A program made the translations under genes and the position numbers. The notes under the pieces are model-generated. The model ran no database searches. It was given only the letters and a program-made list of their open reading frames with translations, and was not told the DNA's origin. From NCBI RefSeq assembly GCF_006345805.1, contig NC_043019.1, forward strand, positions 32,425,360-32,489,359: DNA of 64,000 bases, written 5' to 3'. The stretch's first letter is position 1. The number at the start of each line of letters is the position of its first letter. Positions 49,310-63,689 of the stretch are shown piece by piece. The stretch comes from Octopus sinensis. Lineage: Eukaryota.

Positions 49310-51064
49310 ACTAAAACAACCACTTACTCTAACTCCAATATCTTCACCTTGAAAAATTTGCATCTTTTATGATTTTTTTTTTTTATTTTGGTGTCTTATT
49401 AATAATTGCCAAAAATTTTCCAAGGATGTGTTACTGAATTTGTGTCAAGCAGTAAATTTTGTAATTAAAAATGTCAAAAAAATTCAAATAACAAAATGAT
49501 AAAATAATATAATATAAATATCAATCGAAATGATTGACAAAAAAATTTTAAGAAAAACTCCCCACCCCACCGCCAAACCAAACAAACCCTAAAACAAAGA
49601 ATAAGAAAAATGAATGAAGCAAAGTGAAAGACACATATTTGATATTTGAAAATTGATAACAATGCAGTCTTTGCATTGAAAAATTATTTCAGAAGAGATA
49701 ATTAGGAAAATTTGAGGAAATCCGGAGAAATGGAAAGCATTGAATAAAACCAGGAACAGAGAAAACCGAGGATAGGGTTTCAGACAAACAAGTGAGACAT
49801 TCGATTCTGATGGGAAGTAAGAAACAGGTAGTATCATGATCAGTACATCCTTCTTCTGGAACAAACTAACCGTTCTTCTCTCCAAGAAGATGAAGACTTT
49901 GAAATATTCCAGAAGATTATATTGCAGCTGTTTCAAGAACAATAAATGATGGAAACCTTCCATGTGCCTCCTTTCTTTTCTTTGTAGTTTTTTTTGGTAG
50001 TTTTTTTTATAGTTTTTTTTAGATATTTTTTTTTTACCTTTCAATATTAACTTGCACTGATGCATATAATAATAAAAAGTTCAGCAGAAAGCAAAAAGAA
50101 AAAAGGAAAAAAATAATTGTTGGAGCATTTAAAAATAGGGTGAAAGCTATTTTTTTTTAGGTGCCGCTACCACAGGATGATAGACTATTTTTTTTTTGTT
50201 TTGTTTTAATACAATGATTTCAGGTGTGTGCATATGTGTGAATATGTGTGTGTGTGTTTCTTGTTGCTTTGCTGTTCTTAGAAACTAATTTCTTGAGAAA
50301 GGTGCTGTCCCATGTATGAATCATGTATATGTATATATAGTACTGCTGAAAAAAACAACAAAGGAAAAAAAAACAAAAAAAATACAGAAAAGGTGGGGAT
50401 AAAGAAGGAAAAAGGTAAACCTTTCATGCAATTCTCAAGAGGTGTGGTGGTGGTGATAGTGGTGGGGTGGTAGTGGTGGTGGTGATGATGGTGGTAGAGG
50501 TTGTGGTAGTAATGGTGGTGGTAGTGGTTGTGGTAGTGGTGGTGGTGGTGATGGTGGTGTTCTGGAACTGTTTTCGTAAACCTTTTGATAAATCTCCCCA
50601 AACTAATTTGTTCTTAAACTACAGAATTTTGTTTTTCTCATACACACGCACGCATACACACATGCATTTATATATGTATATAGGTGTATATATATAACAA
50701 ATACGTTCATATGTATGTATATATGTGTTTATCTAGCTATCTATCTATCTCTTTTTATATGTATGTAAGCGAAAGACGATAGATAAATATGCTTATATAT
50801 GTACATATGTGTGTGTGTGCGTGTGTGTGTGAGTGTGTAAGTATATATATATGTGTGTGTGTGTGCGCACATATATGACATCATCATCGTCATCATTTAA
50901 TGCCTGTTTTCCATGCGAGTATGAGTTGTACTATGTATGAATGTATGTATGGATGTATATCTCTTCTGTTTTTTTAATTATTATAAATCTTCCACTGAAG
51001 ATGGAGCTTGTTTCCACAAAAGATACAAGGCTCCATCTTTGGGATGTAGTTAACACAGACAAAT

Positions 51065-51378
51065 TTACATTTGAAACTTGAGAAAAGTCTTGCATATTTT
51101 TACAGTTCCACTCACAGGTTGTACTTGTGATGTACAAATCAGCTGGTCGATTTCTCTTTCTGAAAATCCCAGTTTATCTAGATTCTCTTTTAAGCGTTAA
51201 ATAACAAAACCCAGTGCTCCAATTATTATTGGAATGAATATGAATTCATAGTCTGGAAATAGAAGCTGGAGGTTTCAAAGCAGTTGTCCATAGATATTTT
51301 CTTTTTCTTTGATTTTCCAAGACATATTTATAACTGTACGGCAGCTGACCTCTATTATGGTACATACCTTTGCCCCTC
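51065..51378 (-). mobile_element. R4/Dong-like non-LTR retrotransposon 3' fragment (restriction-like endonuclease C-terminus) with a 3'UTR hairpin at 50998-51039
   Basis: KVCTIIEVSC..INMSWKIKEKENIYGQLL*NLQLLFPDYEFIFIPIIIGALGFV..LKENLDKLGFS..SGTVKICKTFLKFQM*; flanked by (ATGT)n. Confidence 0.8.
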
Positions 51379-52212
51379 ATACATGCATTATATGTATGTA
51401 TGTGGGTATGTATGGATGTATATATATGTATGTATATATGTATGTATGGACGTATATATGTATATATGTTAGGTTGCTCTCTGGCGTTCCTGGTAACATG
51501 TAACCCAGTACAATCATTGTATTAAAACGAATGGTTGAGTCATTGGCGACTAAACTGGCAACCCCATCAAGCTTGCTTGGTGAGGGCGATTGTCGGAGAC
51601 CCTGCAGGACAAAAAAGAAGACCTGTCAAAAGGCTGAAGCGCGCTAATGAGCAGTCAAAGGCCATCCAACAATATGTGTACATGTGTATGGATGCATGTA
51701 TGTATGTGCGGGGCTGTGGAAATACCTGGGCTGGTGTCCAGGTGTGCAGTTGGCCCATTGGGAGTGGGAGGCTCCTCTTTTGTTGTCAGAGTATCTCTCT
51801 AGGAGAAGGAAGCTGAGAGAAAACCTACAATACTGACGATATTCGATGATGTAGACTAGCTGTTTTGTTTTGAGTTTATGTTGTCCATGTTTGGAGAGTG
51901 GGACTGGATTTGTGAAAATCCTTTTCCCTCTATAAAAGATCATTATGCACAGGAAACGCTTGAGAAACAAAGTAAGATCTATTACAAAAATGGCTGGTCA
52001 TAGCCTTCACAAGTGTGGGACTTTTGACCAAGCATTGACAATACTAGAACATGAGTTTACAGCCATCATATATATGTATGCATGCATGTATGTATGTATG
52101 TATGTATGTATGTATGTATGTATGTATGTATGTATGTATGTATGTATGTATGTATGTATGTATGTATGTATGTATGTATCCATCTATTTATACATACACA
52201 CACATGTGTGTG

Positions 52213-52251
<39 letters not shown>

Positions 52252-52481
52252 GAGAGAGTGAGAGTAGGATATTCTATACAATTGGGAGAAACAGAATTCA
52301 ATACATGAAGTAGAGAAATAATACAGCTTTATTTATACTTGAGAAGTCAGATCACTGGGCCAAGTGTTTTGTTGCAAGGTACTCATCAGATTTTCATAAG
52401 TGCTTTGATATGTAACTGTAAACCCCTGAATCGCTGATGTCGAGTCTCAGCTATAAATAGACTATATACATACACACATAC

Positions 52482-52519
<38 letters not shown>

Positions 52520-52522
<3 letters not shown>

Positions 52523-52984
52523 AATATTAGGGAATAAATCCAAACTTACAGGGAAAAATCAGATTTAGGATTGAATCCAATTTTATAGTAAAATATTATA
52601 TTATATTAAATTAGAGATAAAACCACTATTAGGCAAATCATACAATGAAAAACTTAAGCCAATACATAAGATTATTTAATTTATATTATTTAAATATATA
52701 ACAAAATTATTAAAAAAAATATAATTAATATAACACTACGATCGTTTCATGGCTGTTAATTTCTTTAAATTTTCGAGTTACAGTCATTCATCAGGTGGTT
52801 TAAATATTTAACTTGGCGAGGTTTAATCAATGAAACGATCGTAGTGTTATATTAATTATATTTTTTTAAAATAATTTTGTTATATATTTAAATAATATAA
52901 ATTAAATAATCTTATGTATTGGCTTAAGTTTTTCATTGTATGATTTGCCTAATAGTGGTTTTATCTCTGATTTAATATAATATA
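52520..52984 (-). mobile_element. Penelope-like element with ~153-bp near-perfect inverted arms (52598-52750 and 52830-52984), in (TA)n
   Basis: The arms are reverse complements with few mismatches; flanked by TA tracts. Confidence 0.8.
52734..52797 (-). ncRNA. Type I hammerhead ribozyme motif, intact core
   Basis: CAC-CUGAUGA-AUGACUGU-[loop]-ACAGCCAU-GAAA-CGAUCG-UA-GUG; palindromic ACGAUCGU, GUA cleavage triplet. Confidence 0.75.
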
Positions 52985-53691
52985 TATATATATATATAAC
53001 CAAAATAAGTATTAATGGTATTAATGCAATAAAACTGTTTCAGGCAGCTCCATTTAATCGAACAATGCAAAAATTACATCAATTTAAATACAGTGCCATC
53101 TTCAGTTGTAAAAAATACGGATTTTCAACAGACAAGATATATTAATATATATGTTCTTCGATAGAACATTAAATAATTTTGCGGGGGGAACAGTGGATCT
53201 GGAAAGAGCAAAAGCTATAAATAATAGCAAGTAAATTTTGGGTGGAAAAAAACTTCGAATGAACACGTCAAAATCCAACTTTGGGATATGAACCCACATC
53301 TTATGTAAATTTGACAGCGACTCTGAAGTTTTGGTCTGCATAGACTGTGATGGTCACTATATAACTTCAAGAGCCACTGTTCAACACTGTTCTTGTAAAA
53401 GAATTATGAATTTCTATTCTACAAAAATGTATTGAATAATCCTTCAGTCTAATGTAAAATAACTTTTATTGTAGTACAAGAAAAAGCATTAATATATATA
53501 TATACACACACACACATATATATATATATACATATATATATACATATGTATGTGTGTATGTGCATATATATGTACATATATGTGTATGTGTGTGTATGTA
53601 TAGATATATATGTATATATGTACATCTCTCTCTCTCTCAATATAATTTATATGTATGTATATATGTATAGATATATATGTACATACATCTC

Positions 53692-53723
<32 letters not shown>

Positions 53724-53852
53724 ATATATATACTATATTATATAATATAATAATATATTGTGTGTGTATATATATATAATAATATATGTTTGTGTGTATG
53801 TATATATATACATAATATATAATATATATGTGTGTATATTGTATATATATGC

Positions 53853-53893
<41 letters not shown>

Positions 53894-54278
53894 TATATAA
53901 TATATTATATACACACACACACCCACAGATATAAAATATAGACACAGATATTCTCATAGGACACGTCTGACAACTTCCTAATATCTAAAATAATTAATAA
54001 CAAAAAAAAATATAAAATTCAATTTTAGTATTTGATTTCACACTTTCTATTTAAAACAAATTTCTAGATTAAATTGAAGAAGCAAACATCTTATGGTTGT
54101 TTGTGGCTATAACATTTCATAATTTGTTACAAGTTGTCATGTGGCTGGACTTGTAATAAATTTCTATACTCTGTTTAAGTCTCCTTCTTGTAGTGTCAGC
54201 TCCCCTGCATTTTCGAGTAGAGTATTTCTTTCTTTCTTCATTTGCGCTTTCTCATTTATGCTGGGGCCTCTGATAGCT

Positions 54279-54592
54279 GTGGAGGCACATGGCCTAGTGG
54301 TTAGAGCAGCGGACTCGCGGTCGAGGGATTGCGGGTTCGAATCTCAGACTGAGTGATGTGTGTGTTTATGAGCGAAAACACCTAAGCTCCGCAAGGCTCC
54401 GGCAGAAGGTAATGGCGAACTTCTGCTGACTCTTTCGCCACAACTTTCTCTCACTCTTTCCTTATGCATCTTGCAGCTCACCTGCGACGGACAGGCGTCC
54501 CATCCAGGTGGAGAACCTATACGCCAAGAAACCAGGAAACCGGCCCTTATGAGCCAGGCATGGCTCGAGAAGGAACAAACAACAACAACAAC
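54279..54592 (+). mobile_element. Young tRNA-derived SINE, tail type C, with (CAA)n tail and TSD
   Basis: A-box TGGCCTAGTGG, B-box GGTTCGAATC; TSD CT(C/T)TGATAGCTG on both sides. Confidence 0.9.
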
Positions 54593-56347
54593 TTTGATAG
54601 CTGGCAAAACCAATTTGGGATGAAACAATTGTTGACATCAGCCACATCTTATGGCCAGTAAAGGCCTTGGTTAGATTTGGCAGGTTTTTTTGTTGTAGCC
54701 ATTTATCTTCTTTATTTCTTTGACAATGCTTTTCAAACAGTTCTTCATCAATCTTGATACACTCTGGGTGTTGCTTAAAAAAATAGGTGCTGGAGTGGCT
54801 GTGTGGCAAATAGCTTGCTTACCAACCACATGGTTTTGGGTTCAGTCCCACTGTGTGGCAACATAGGCAAGTGTCTTCTACTATAGCCTCAGGCTGACCA
54901 AAGCCTTGTGAGTGGATTTGTTAGATGGAAACTGAAAGAAGCCCATCGTATATATGTATATATATGTATGTGTGTGTATATGTTTGTGTGTCTGTGTTTG
55001 TGCCCCCACCATTGCTTGACAACCGAAGCCGGTATGTTTATGTCCCTCTAACTTAGCAGTTCAGCAAAAGAGACCGATAGAATAAGTATTAGGCTTGCAA
55101 AGAATGATTCCTTGTGTCGATTTGCTTGACTAAAGGCGGTGCTCCAGCATGGCCACAGTCAAATGACTGAAACAAGTAAAAGAATATATGTCATCCTTTC
55201 CTGTTTAGTCTTCAGTGTAGCTCCCTTCACGTTGCTCCAGTCCACTCAACTGACAAAAATGAGTAACGCTGCGATGAACTGTTGTCCTGTCCAGCTGGGG
55301 AACACATATACCGTAGAAACCGGGAAACTGGGCCCATGAGCCTGGCTAGGCTTTAAAAGGACACATTTATTTATCTTATTATACATTCCAAAGATGCAGC
55401 ATTGTACCTTAGCTAGAGCCAGCTCCTTCTTCAGAGAAGAATTTAAATGATTAAATACATACATACATACATGCATACGTGCATACATTCATCCTGTTAT
55501 ACATAAGAAGAATTGTATTCACATTATTAAGAGTATAAAAAAAAAACTGGTGAAATATTCCAATGAAAAGAGCAACCTAGTATAAACAGAAACACAACAG
55601 ATATAGTTGTATGGGACGGGGGGTAAAAATTGATTCACAAGACACTGGTTGGCCCTGGGGCTACACGTAACAAAGGAGTCTTGCAGTGGGACTGAACCTG
55701 AAACCATGTGGTTACAAAGTGAACTTTTTAAGCACCTTGCCATGCCTGTGCCTTTTGGTTATGATTTAGAGATTTCACTGCTGTTACTAGCAGGCTCAAA
55801 CGGCTAAGAGGTGCCCTTTACGACTTGCTATCATTGTTGTGTGTGTGTGTGTGAAAGAGAGAGAGAGAGAGGGAGAGATACAAACAGACAGGGAAGGAGA
55901 GAGAGAGAGAAAGAGATACAAACAGAGAAGGAGAGAGAGAGAGAAAGAGATACAAACAGAGAAGGAGAGAGAGAGAGAAAGAGATACAAACAGAGAAGGA
56001 GAGAGAGAGAAAGGGAGAGACAGAGGGAGAGACAGAGAAGTGGAGGACAGAGTGAACTCAGTAGAAAGATGTAAAAATAAAACGATAAAGGAAGAAAAGA
56101 AAAAAATATAGAAGCAAAAAAAATGAATGAATGTAAGAAAAAAACAACATCAACAACAACAACAACAACAGCAAATAGCCATAAGGAAAAAAAGAAAGAA
56201 ACCTTCAAAATACCAATATACTGACACTTGAACAAGTTTCAAAGCTCACAAAACAACAATAACAAACAGTTGCAATAAAATTGATGTAGTGATGTCAGAG
56301 CGTGTATATATATGCGTGTGTGTGTGTGTGGGTGCACATAAATTTAT

Positions 56348-56394
<47 letters not shown>

Positions 56395-56461
56395 CTCACA
56401 CACATATATAAATACATATAAATATATATATGTGTGTGTATGTGTGTGTGTATATACATGC

Positions 56462-56494
<33 letters not shown>

Positions 56495-56993
56495 AGGGTT
56501 GCCAGTCAGTTGGCCTTCCTCCTTTTTTATTGTAAAATTGTTTTGTTTCTTATTGTATTATTATTATTATTATTATTATTTTATTATTATTATATTATTA
56601 TTATTATTATTATTTTATTACTTTTATTTCCATTGTTCCTTTGTTTTTTCCTCTTCTTTTTCTTTCCTTTTTTTTTTTGCTTTCCTGAATGTCTTGAATT
56701 CAGTGAAGCATGCTTCACTGCACACTTAGATTTATAGTTAAATAAACAGGAGTACTTTTATGGTGTGCTTGTGTGTGTGTGCGCACACACACACACACAG
56801 ACATGCACACACACACACACATACACAACACACACGTGCACACAAACATACACACACAGACATACAAACACACACACACACTGACATACATGCACAAACA
56901 TCAATTTGAATATATATATAATATATATATATAATGTACATACATATACACACACACACACATACATGTATATATGTATACACACACATGTGA

Positions 56994-57031
<38 letters not shown>

Positions 57032-57321
57032 TATATCGTCATTTAATGTCTGCTTTCAATGTTAGCATGGGTTGGACGATTTGACTGAGGACTGGGAAAC
57101 CAGATGGCTGCACCAGGCTCCAATCTTGATTTGGCAGAGTTTCTACAGCTGGATGCCCTTCCTAACACCAACTACTCTGAAAGTCTAGTGGGTGCTTTTA
57201 CATGCCACCGGCACGAGGGTCAGTTAGGTTGTACTGGCAACGGTCACGGAGAATCCTGTTTGTTTAATTGCTTTTTTTACATGTCACCTGCACACTGGCA
57301 CAAGTGCCAGTAAGGAGACAA

Positions 57322-57370
<49 letters not shown>

Positions 57371-58174
57371 CTATATATAAATACATATTTATATATATAC
57401 ACACATAATATGTTTGTATGTATGCCTGTATACACACATGTGTGTATATCGGCCAGAAGAAAAAATTCACCCCAGTAATCATAATTTAAAAAAAAATCTA
57501 GTATTTATGGTCAATCATTTTGTTGAACTGCTAAGTTACAGGGATGTAAATAGACCAACACCATTTGTCCAGCTGTGGAGAGGAGGAATAAGACACACTC
57601 TTATATATAATATATTATACACACACACATATATATATTATATATATACTATATATATATATATATATATATATACACAAATTTATTGGCATGAGGAAGG
57701 GCTCCAGCTGTAGAAACCTTGCCAGATCAGATTCGTGCTGGTGCAGCCTCCTGGCTTGCCAGTCCTCAGTCAAACCGTCCAATCCATGCCAGCCTGAAAA
57801 GCAGACGCTAGACAATGATGATACATATAAAAGTATGTACACACACATGCTCAGTCACATATTTATATACATGTACATTGATTTATGTATATGTGTGTGT
57901 ATATGAGTATATATACTCGCGCATACCTATAGACATCTGTTTATATATGTGTGTGTATGTGTTTGTATCTGTTCTTTTTCTGTTTGCATGTTTAAGTCTT
58001 TGAGCTGTGGCCATGATGGGGCACTGCCTTGATAAAGTTTAGTTCTATTAACCGGCCCCAGTATTACTTATTCTATCAGTATCTTTTGCCAAACTGCTAG
58101 GTTATGGGGAGAGAAGCAAACCAACAGTTGTTGTCAACCCGTTGTGGAAGACATACACAAAACCAAAGCGCATA

Positions 58175-58500
58175 GATGCATACATACATACATACATACA
58201 TACACACACACATATACATACACACACATACATACATACATAGATACATACATACATACACACACATACATACATACATACATCATACATACACACATGC
58301 ATACATACACACATACATACAACATACACACACATACATACATACATACATACATACATACATTACATACCACATACAAACATACATACATACAACATAC
58401 ATACACACATACACCACATACATACATACATACATACATACATACATACATACACACATACACACATACATACATACATACATACATACACATACATACA
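58175..58500. repeat. (CATA)n degenerate microsatellite
   Basis: Direct reading. Confidence 0.95.
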
Positions 58501-59520
58501 TAGATCTATATGACTGAAAACTTTGGCAATATGCTGTGCCTGAGTAAAAGAGCCATCAAGCCAAGTGAAACCATAGTTGTGGCAGATACTGGTGTCACAG
58601 AAATGGCACCCGTGCTGGTGGCACATAAATGCAGCCATTACACTTGTAGAGTGGTTGCCTTAGGAAGAGCAGCGAGCTGCTGAAGCAATGCCAAATCAGA
58701 CTGGAGTCTGGTGTAGCTCCTCAGCTTGCCAGCCCTGGTCAAACCATCTGTCTAAGGAATTCATTCTCATAGCCTGGTGGCTATAGTAGAAGAAAATTTC
58801 CCATGGTGCCATGCAGCATGACTGAACCTGGAACCATGAGGATGGGAAGCTAACTATTTACCACTCAGCCACAGCTGCACCTATATATATGGCTGTGTGG
58901 TAAGAAGCTTGCTTCCCACCACATGGTTCCAGGTTCAGTCCCATTGCATGGCACCTTGGCCAAGTGTCTTCTACTATAGCCTTGAGCCAATTAAAACTTT
59001 GTAAGTGGATTTACTAGATGGAAACTGAAAGAAGCCCATTGTATATATATATATATATATGTATATGTTTGTGTGTCTGTGTTTGTCCCCCACCATCGAT
59101 TGACAACCGATGTTGGTGTGTTTACATCCCCGTAACTTGGCTGTTTGGGAAAAGAGACCAATAGTATATATACTAGGCTTACAAAGAATAAGTCCTGGGG
59201 TCGATTCATTTGACTAAAGGCAGTGCTCCAGCATGGCTGCAGTCAAATGACCGAAACCAGTAAAATAATAAAAGAATAAATATATATATATATATATCTG
59301 AAGAATGAGCTCAGAACACTGAGCCTTTCAGGCGAGATGACAAAGGACCAAGATGCCTGGTACCTTGCTGTACTCAAGAAGACTCGTACTCTGCAGCAGA
59401 AGCGTTAAGACCAGTCTGGTTGGTGGTGCTAAAGCATCCATGGTGGTGCCATGTAAAAGAGTCTGTGTGGTGGCACATAAAAGCGCCCATAAAGTGCCAC
59501 TTAAAAATACTCTGTAAAGT

Positions 59521-59828
59521 TTGTTTTTGTTCCTTCTCGAGCCATGCCTGGCTCATAAGGGCGCTGGTTTCCCAGTTTCTTGGCGTATAGGTTCCCCACC
59601 TGGACGAGACACCGGCCCATCGCAGGTGAGCTACAAGATGCAGGAGGAAAGAGCGAGAGAAAGTTGTGGCGAAAGAATCAGCAGAAGTTTCGCCATTACC
59701 TTCTGCCGGAGCCGCGTGGAGCTTAGGTGTTTCGCTCATAAACACACACATCGTCCGGTCTGAGATTTGAACCCGCGATCCCTCGACTGCGAGTCCGCTG
59801 CTCTAACCACTAGGCCATGTGTCTCCAC
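59521..59828 (-). mobile_element. Young tRNA-derived SINE, tail type C, inserted into an RTE-tail repeat
   Basis: Reverse complement of 54279-54592; TSD ACTCTGTAAAGT at 59509-59520 and 59829-59840. Confidence 0.9.
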
Positions 59829-60157
59829 ACTCTGTAAAGTGGTTGGTGTTAGGAAGGGCATCCGGCTGTAGGAACCATACCAAATCAGACTGGAGTCTGG
59901 TGCAGCCGCTCCTCAGCTCGCCAGCATGGACAACGGGTGTTAAATGATGATGATGATGATATTTATATATATATATATAGGCTTCCGCATAGTTTTCATC
60001 TGACAAACTTCGCTCAGAAGACATTGTAATCGACCAAGGAGTGCAGCAGGAAATAGAAAAAAATGAAATATTTGGTAGCAGTACCACGCAACGGGATGAA
60101 TCTGGAAATGTGTGGTGGCAAACCTCGTCACCCCCCCAACACTACCAAGCCTACTCC

Positions 60158-60206
<49 letters not shown>

Positions 60207-61123
60207 TATATATATGTATATGAGTTTTGCTATCAGTATCATTCATATTATAAACACCACCTTTATCACATAAATCACATGATATCACACACAATATTAC
60301 ACACATCATAATCATCAAATATGAAAGTTTTTGTTGTTCAGCATTATTTATTTATGTATTTATTTATTTATATACGTATATATATATATATCTATTTCTG
60401 TACTTCTTTCTTTCTTTTTTGTTTCTTTTTCTTCATTTCTTTTTTTTCTTCTTCTTTTTTTTTTTTTTTACTTTATCCTTTTCTTTTCAAGAAAGTCATT
60501 GATAATCTCCAAGAAAGCGAGAAATTTGTAAGCTAATGAGCAGAAAATAGGGTTTTATTCAGAAGAATGATTTTGTTACCTTCCAGCTGCTTACTATCTT
60601 TTTATGCTTTGGTTTTACTCTGGCTTAGCTGAGCTTAGCTTAGCTTTGTTTTATTCCTTCGTCTTGCTTGTTTTTTGTTTTTTTTTCTTTCTTAATCTTT
60701 ATCTTATTGACCGATTTCTACCACAACTTCTCTCCTTTCTCTTTCGTTTTCTTTTTCTTCTGTTCATTCACAAATCGCAGTCTCTCTTTATTTACACTAC
60801 CATACCATACCATACCATACCATCCATCCATCCAACCATCCTCTTTACAGCCAATTCTTCATTAATCTAACTCAAATTCCAAATTCAGTCTTTGAAATGA
60901 AACAAAAAGAAACAAGCTTTCATCATCATCATCATCATCATAATCGTCTTGACCAGAACACTGACCAGCATTCTTTGTAGAAATATTATATCTGGATTGT
61001 GGTTGGAAAAAGCTTCACCTCTCTTTCTCTCTCTCTGTATATATGTGAGTACGTGAGTGTGTACATGTCTATATGTGTGTGTATGTGTAAATATATGTAT
61101 ACAAGTGTGTGTATATATATATG

Positions 61124-61156
<33 letters not shown>

Positions 61157-61169
61157 ATACGTATGTGTA

Positions 61170-61202
<33 letters not shown>

Positions 61203-61477
61203 CATCATCAATATCATTTAGCGTCTGCTTTCCATGCTGGCATGGGTTGGATGGTTTGACTGGAACAGGTAAGCCGGAGAGCTGCACCAAGTTCCAGTCT
61301 GGTTATGGCATGGTTTTCTACAGCTGGATGCCCTTCCTAATGCCAACCACTCCAAGAGTGTAATGGGTGCTATTTACATGCCATTAACATTACACTGGTA
61401 TCAGCCACAACTACAATTTCATTTTGGCTTGACAGGTCTACATATATATATATATATATATATCTATATATGAATAT

Positions 61478-61802
61478 ATTATTTAAAGCAGCAGAAAATT
61501 CAACAAAACCTGTTACTCTGAGATTCCCGTTGCAGTTCATCGGACAGTTTTTGCTAGAATGGAACGATATGTCAATTCTATCCAGATAGAATTGACATAT
61601 CCTTTCCATTCTAGCAAAAACTGTCCGAGAATTGACATATCGGTTCCATTCTAGCAAAAACTGTCCGATGAACGGCAACAGGAAACTCAGAGTAACAGGT
61701 TTTGTTGAATTTTCTGCTGCTTTAAATAAAGCATATTACTCTACCACTGGTATTTGAGTACTCTTTTTTCCACCTTGTTTCACATTTATGTGTTTACTCC
61801 GG
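61478..61802. mobile_element. Penelope-like inverted dimer with hammerhead-like motifs on both strands (61510-61547 minus; 61661-61698 plus)
   Basis: Palindrome centred at 61583-61584; 40-bp tandem duplication at 61589-61668; motif CUGU-CCGAUGA-ACGGCAACAG-GAAA-CUCAGAG-UA-ACAG. Confidence 0.7.
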
Positions 61803-62519
61803 TATATATATATATACAGATTTTGTTGAATTTTCTGCTGCTTTAAATAAAGTATATATATATATATATAAGTATATATATGTGTGTGTGAATATATATA
61901 TACACACACAAAGACACTGTGTATTAGACTCAAGGCTTTACCATTGTGAGCCAAGTAACCTAACCGCTTGGCCACACACCATATATAATACTATATATTA
62001 TATTTAATTCCATATTGAAAGAAAAAGTGGAAAATTTTTCTGTTATTAACAAGAGGTTTATCATAAGTTGATTTCCACATGTATACAAATGTAACCCCCT
62101 ATTGGTAAGTGTTGTGGAAGGATTCTGACCACCCCCAACTGACTAAAAGTGGACTGACACATTATTGTAAAATAAAGAACTGTCAGCAGTTTAGGGTAAG
62201 CGTTTCACTGTGAACCATTGGCAGAGAGTGCTTAAGGTCGTGTAACAGTAATCGCAGTGCATTGTGTGAATACTTTCTTTCTTCCTGCTTTGTTAAATTA
62301 TTTATCCAACACCAGGATGTAAAATAAAGAAACGTATGTAGTGTAGAATGAATAATACCAAAATTCTCCAGTTTTCCATTTCATTATGTAATTACTCTGC
62401 AATAAACAGTATTCTCCAGAGTTTTCAACTCTCATACGGATGATAACACCTTTGGAGATACTTTGGGGAAATTGAATAAGCAGATGTGCTTTGTGAAGAC
62501 ATAGTTTGGTTTATAACCC

Positions 62520-62545
62520 TATCTATCTATCTATCTACCTACCTA

Positions 62546-62594
<49 letters not shown>

Positions 62595-62627
62595 CTATCT
62601 ATATCTATCAACTATCTATCTATTTAC

Positions 62628-62658
<31 letters not shown>

Positions 62659-62666
62659 CCTACCTA

Positions 62667-62711
<45 letters not shown>

Positions 62712-62746
62712 GTCTATCTGTATCTATATACTCTATCTCCTACCTA

Positions 62747-62797
<51 letters not shown>

Positions 62798-62835
62798 ATG
62801 CTATCTGTCTATCTATCTATCTATCTACCTACCTA

Positions 62836-62892
<57 letters not shown>

Positions 62893-63042
62893 CTATCTAT
62901 CTATATCTATCAACTATCTATCTATTTACTTATCTATCTATCTATCTATTCTCTATCTATCTATCTATCTCTATCTATTATCTATATCTATCAACTATCT
63001 ATCTATTTACTTATCTATCTATCTATCTATCTATCTACCTAC

Positions 63043-63124
<82 letters not shown>

Positions 63125-63125
63125 G

Positions 63126-63189
<64 letters not shown>

Positions 63190-63190
63190 C
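62520..63190. repeat. (ATCT)n microsatellite with repeated interruptions
   Basis: The variant blocks ATCAACTATCTATCTATTTACTT and ACCTACCTATAT each recur about three times. Confidence 0.95.
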
Positions 63191-63689
63191 ATGCACGGCA
63201 TATGCTGTGGCTTACTGTCCATAAATGAATAACTATAGGGTCATTGATTTACCTGGGAGCCACACAAGTGTAGGGGCCTAATTCTGGTCTATGTATTTTA
63301 TGGCTTACTATCAATAGACAAATACTATAGGACCCAATGCATTGATTTGCCTGGGGGTTTGGGTGCAAATGGATCTAGGAGACCAGTTCTAATTTATGTA
63401 TTCTGTTGCTTGCTATCAACAAATACAATAGAACCTAGGAACCTGTAATGCTGCTAAGGTGGCCCTGACTACAGAGGGTGTTACCCATTTGAGCAAGCTC
63501 TACATGTATGGAAGTGCTAAAGGCTGAACCTGTTTGACACGCACACAAGGCCATAAATCTTCTATACATCACTGTTTAGTGACCTTGTGTTACTGATTTG
63601 TGGGATTGGGTCAAATAGCTGCTGCTGTTTGTTTGTTGAGCGAAGCGGTCTTTGTCCTCTCTGGGAGAAGTTCGAAACATGGTCCTTTG

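Noticed and set aside
50994-51039. CTGAAGA followed by a long hairpin as a hammerhead
   Set aside because: No GAAA box follows the stem; better explained as the 3'UTR stem-loop of the adjacent R4/Dong-like fragment.
51470-51830. GC-richer segment resembling RTE 5' regions, possibly with an HDV-like ribozyme
   Set aside because: I could not build the nested double pseudoknot by eye; it needs an Infernal/RNArobo search.
52348-52392. Minus-strand CUGAUGA-GU...AC-AAAA-CACU...AGUG motif
   Set aside because: The GAAA box and NUH site are broken and stem I is absent; at most a dead hammerhead.
54279-54350. tRNA gene (A and B boxes, cloverleaf-like)
   Set aside because: It is the head of a multi-copy SINE with body, tail and TSD; no paired acceptor stem or Pol III terminator.
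54600-54790. Coding-looking minus-strand frame QHPECIKIDEELFEKHCQRNKEDKW
   Set aside because: No recognisable homology or clear donor; it lies between two SINEs.
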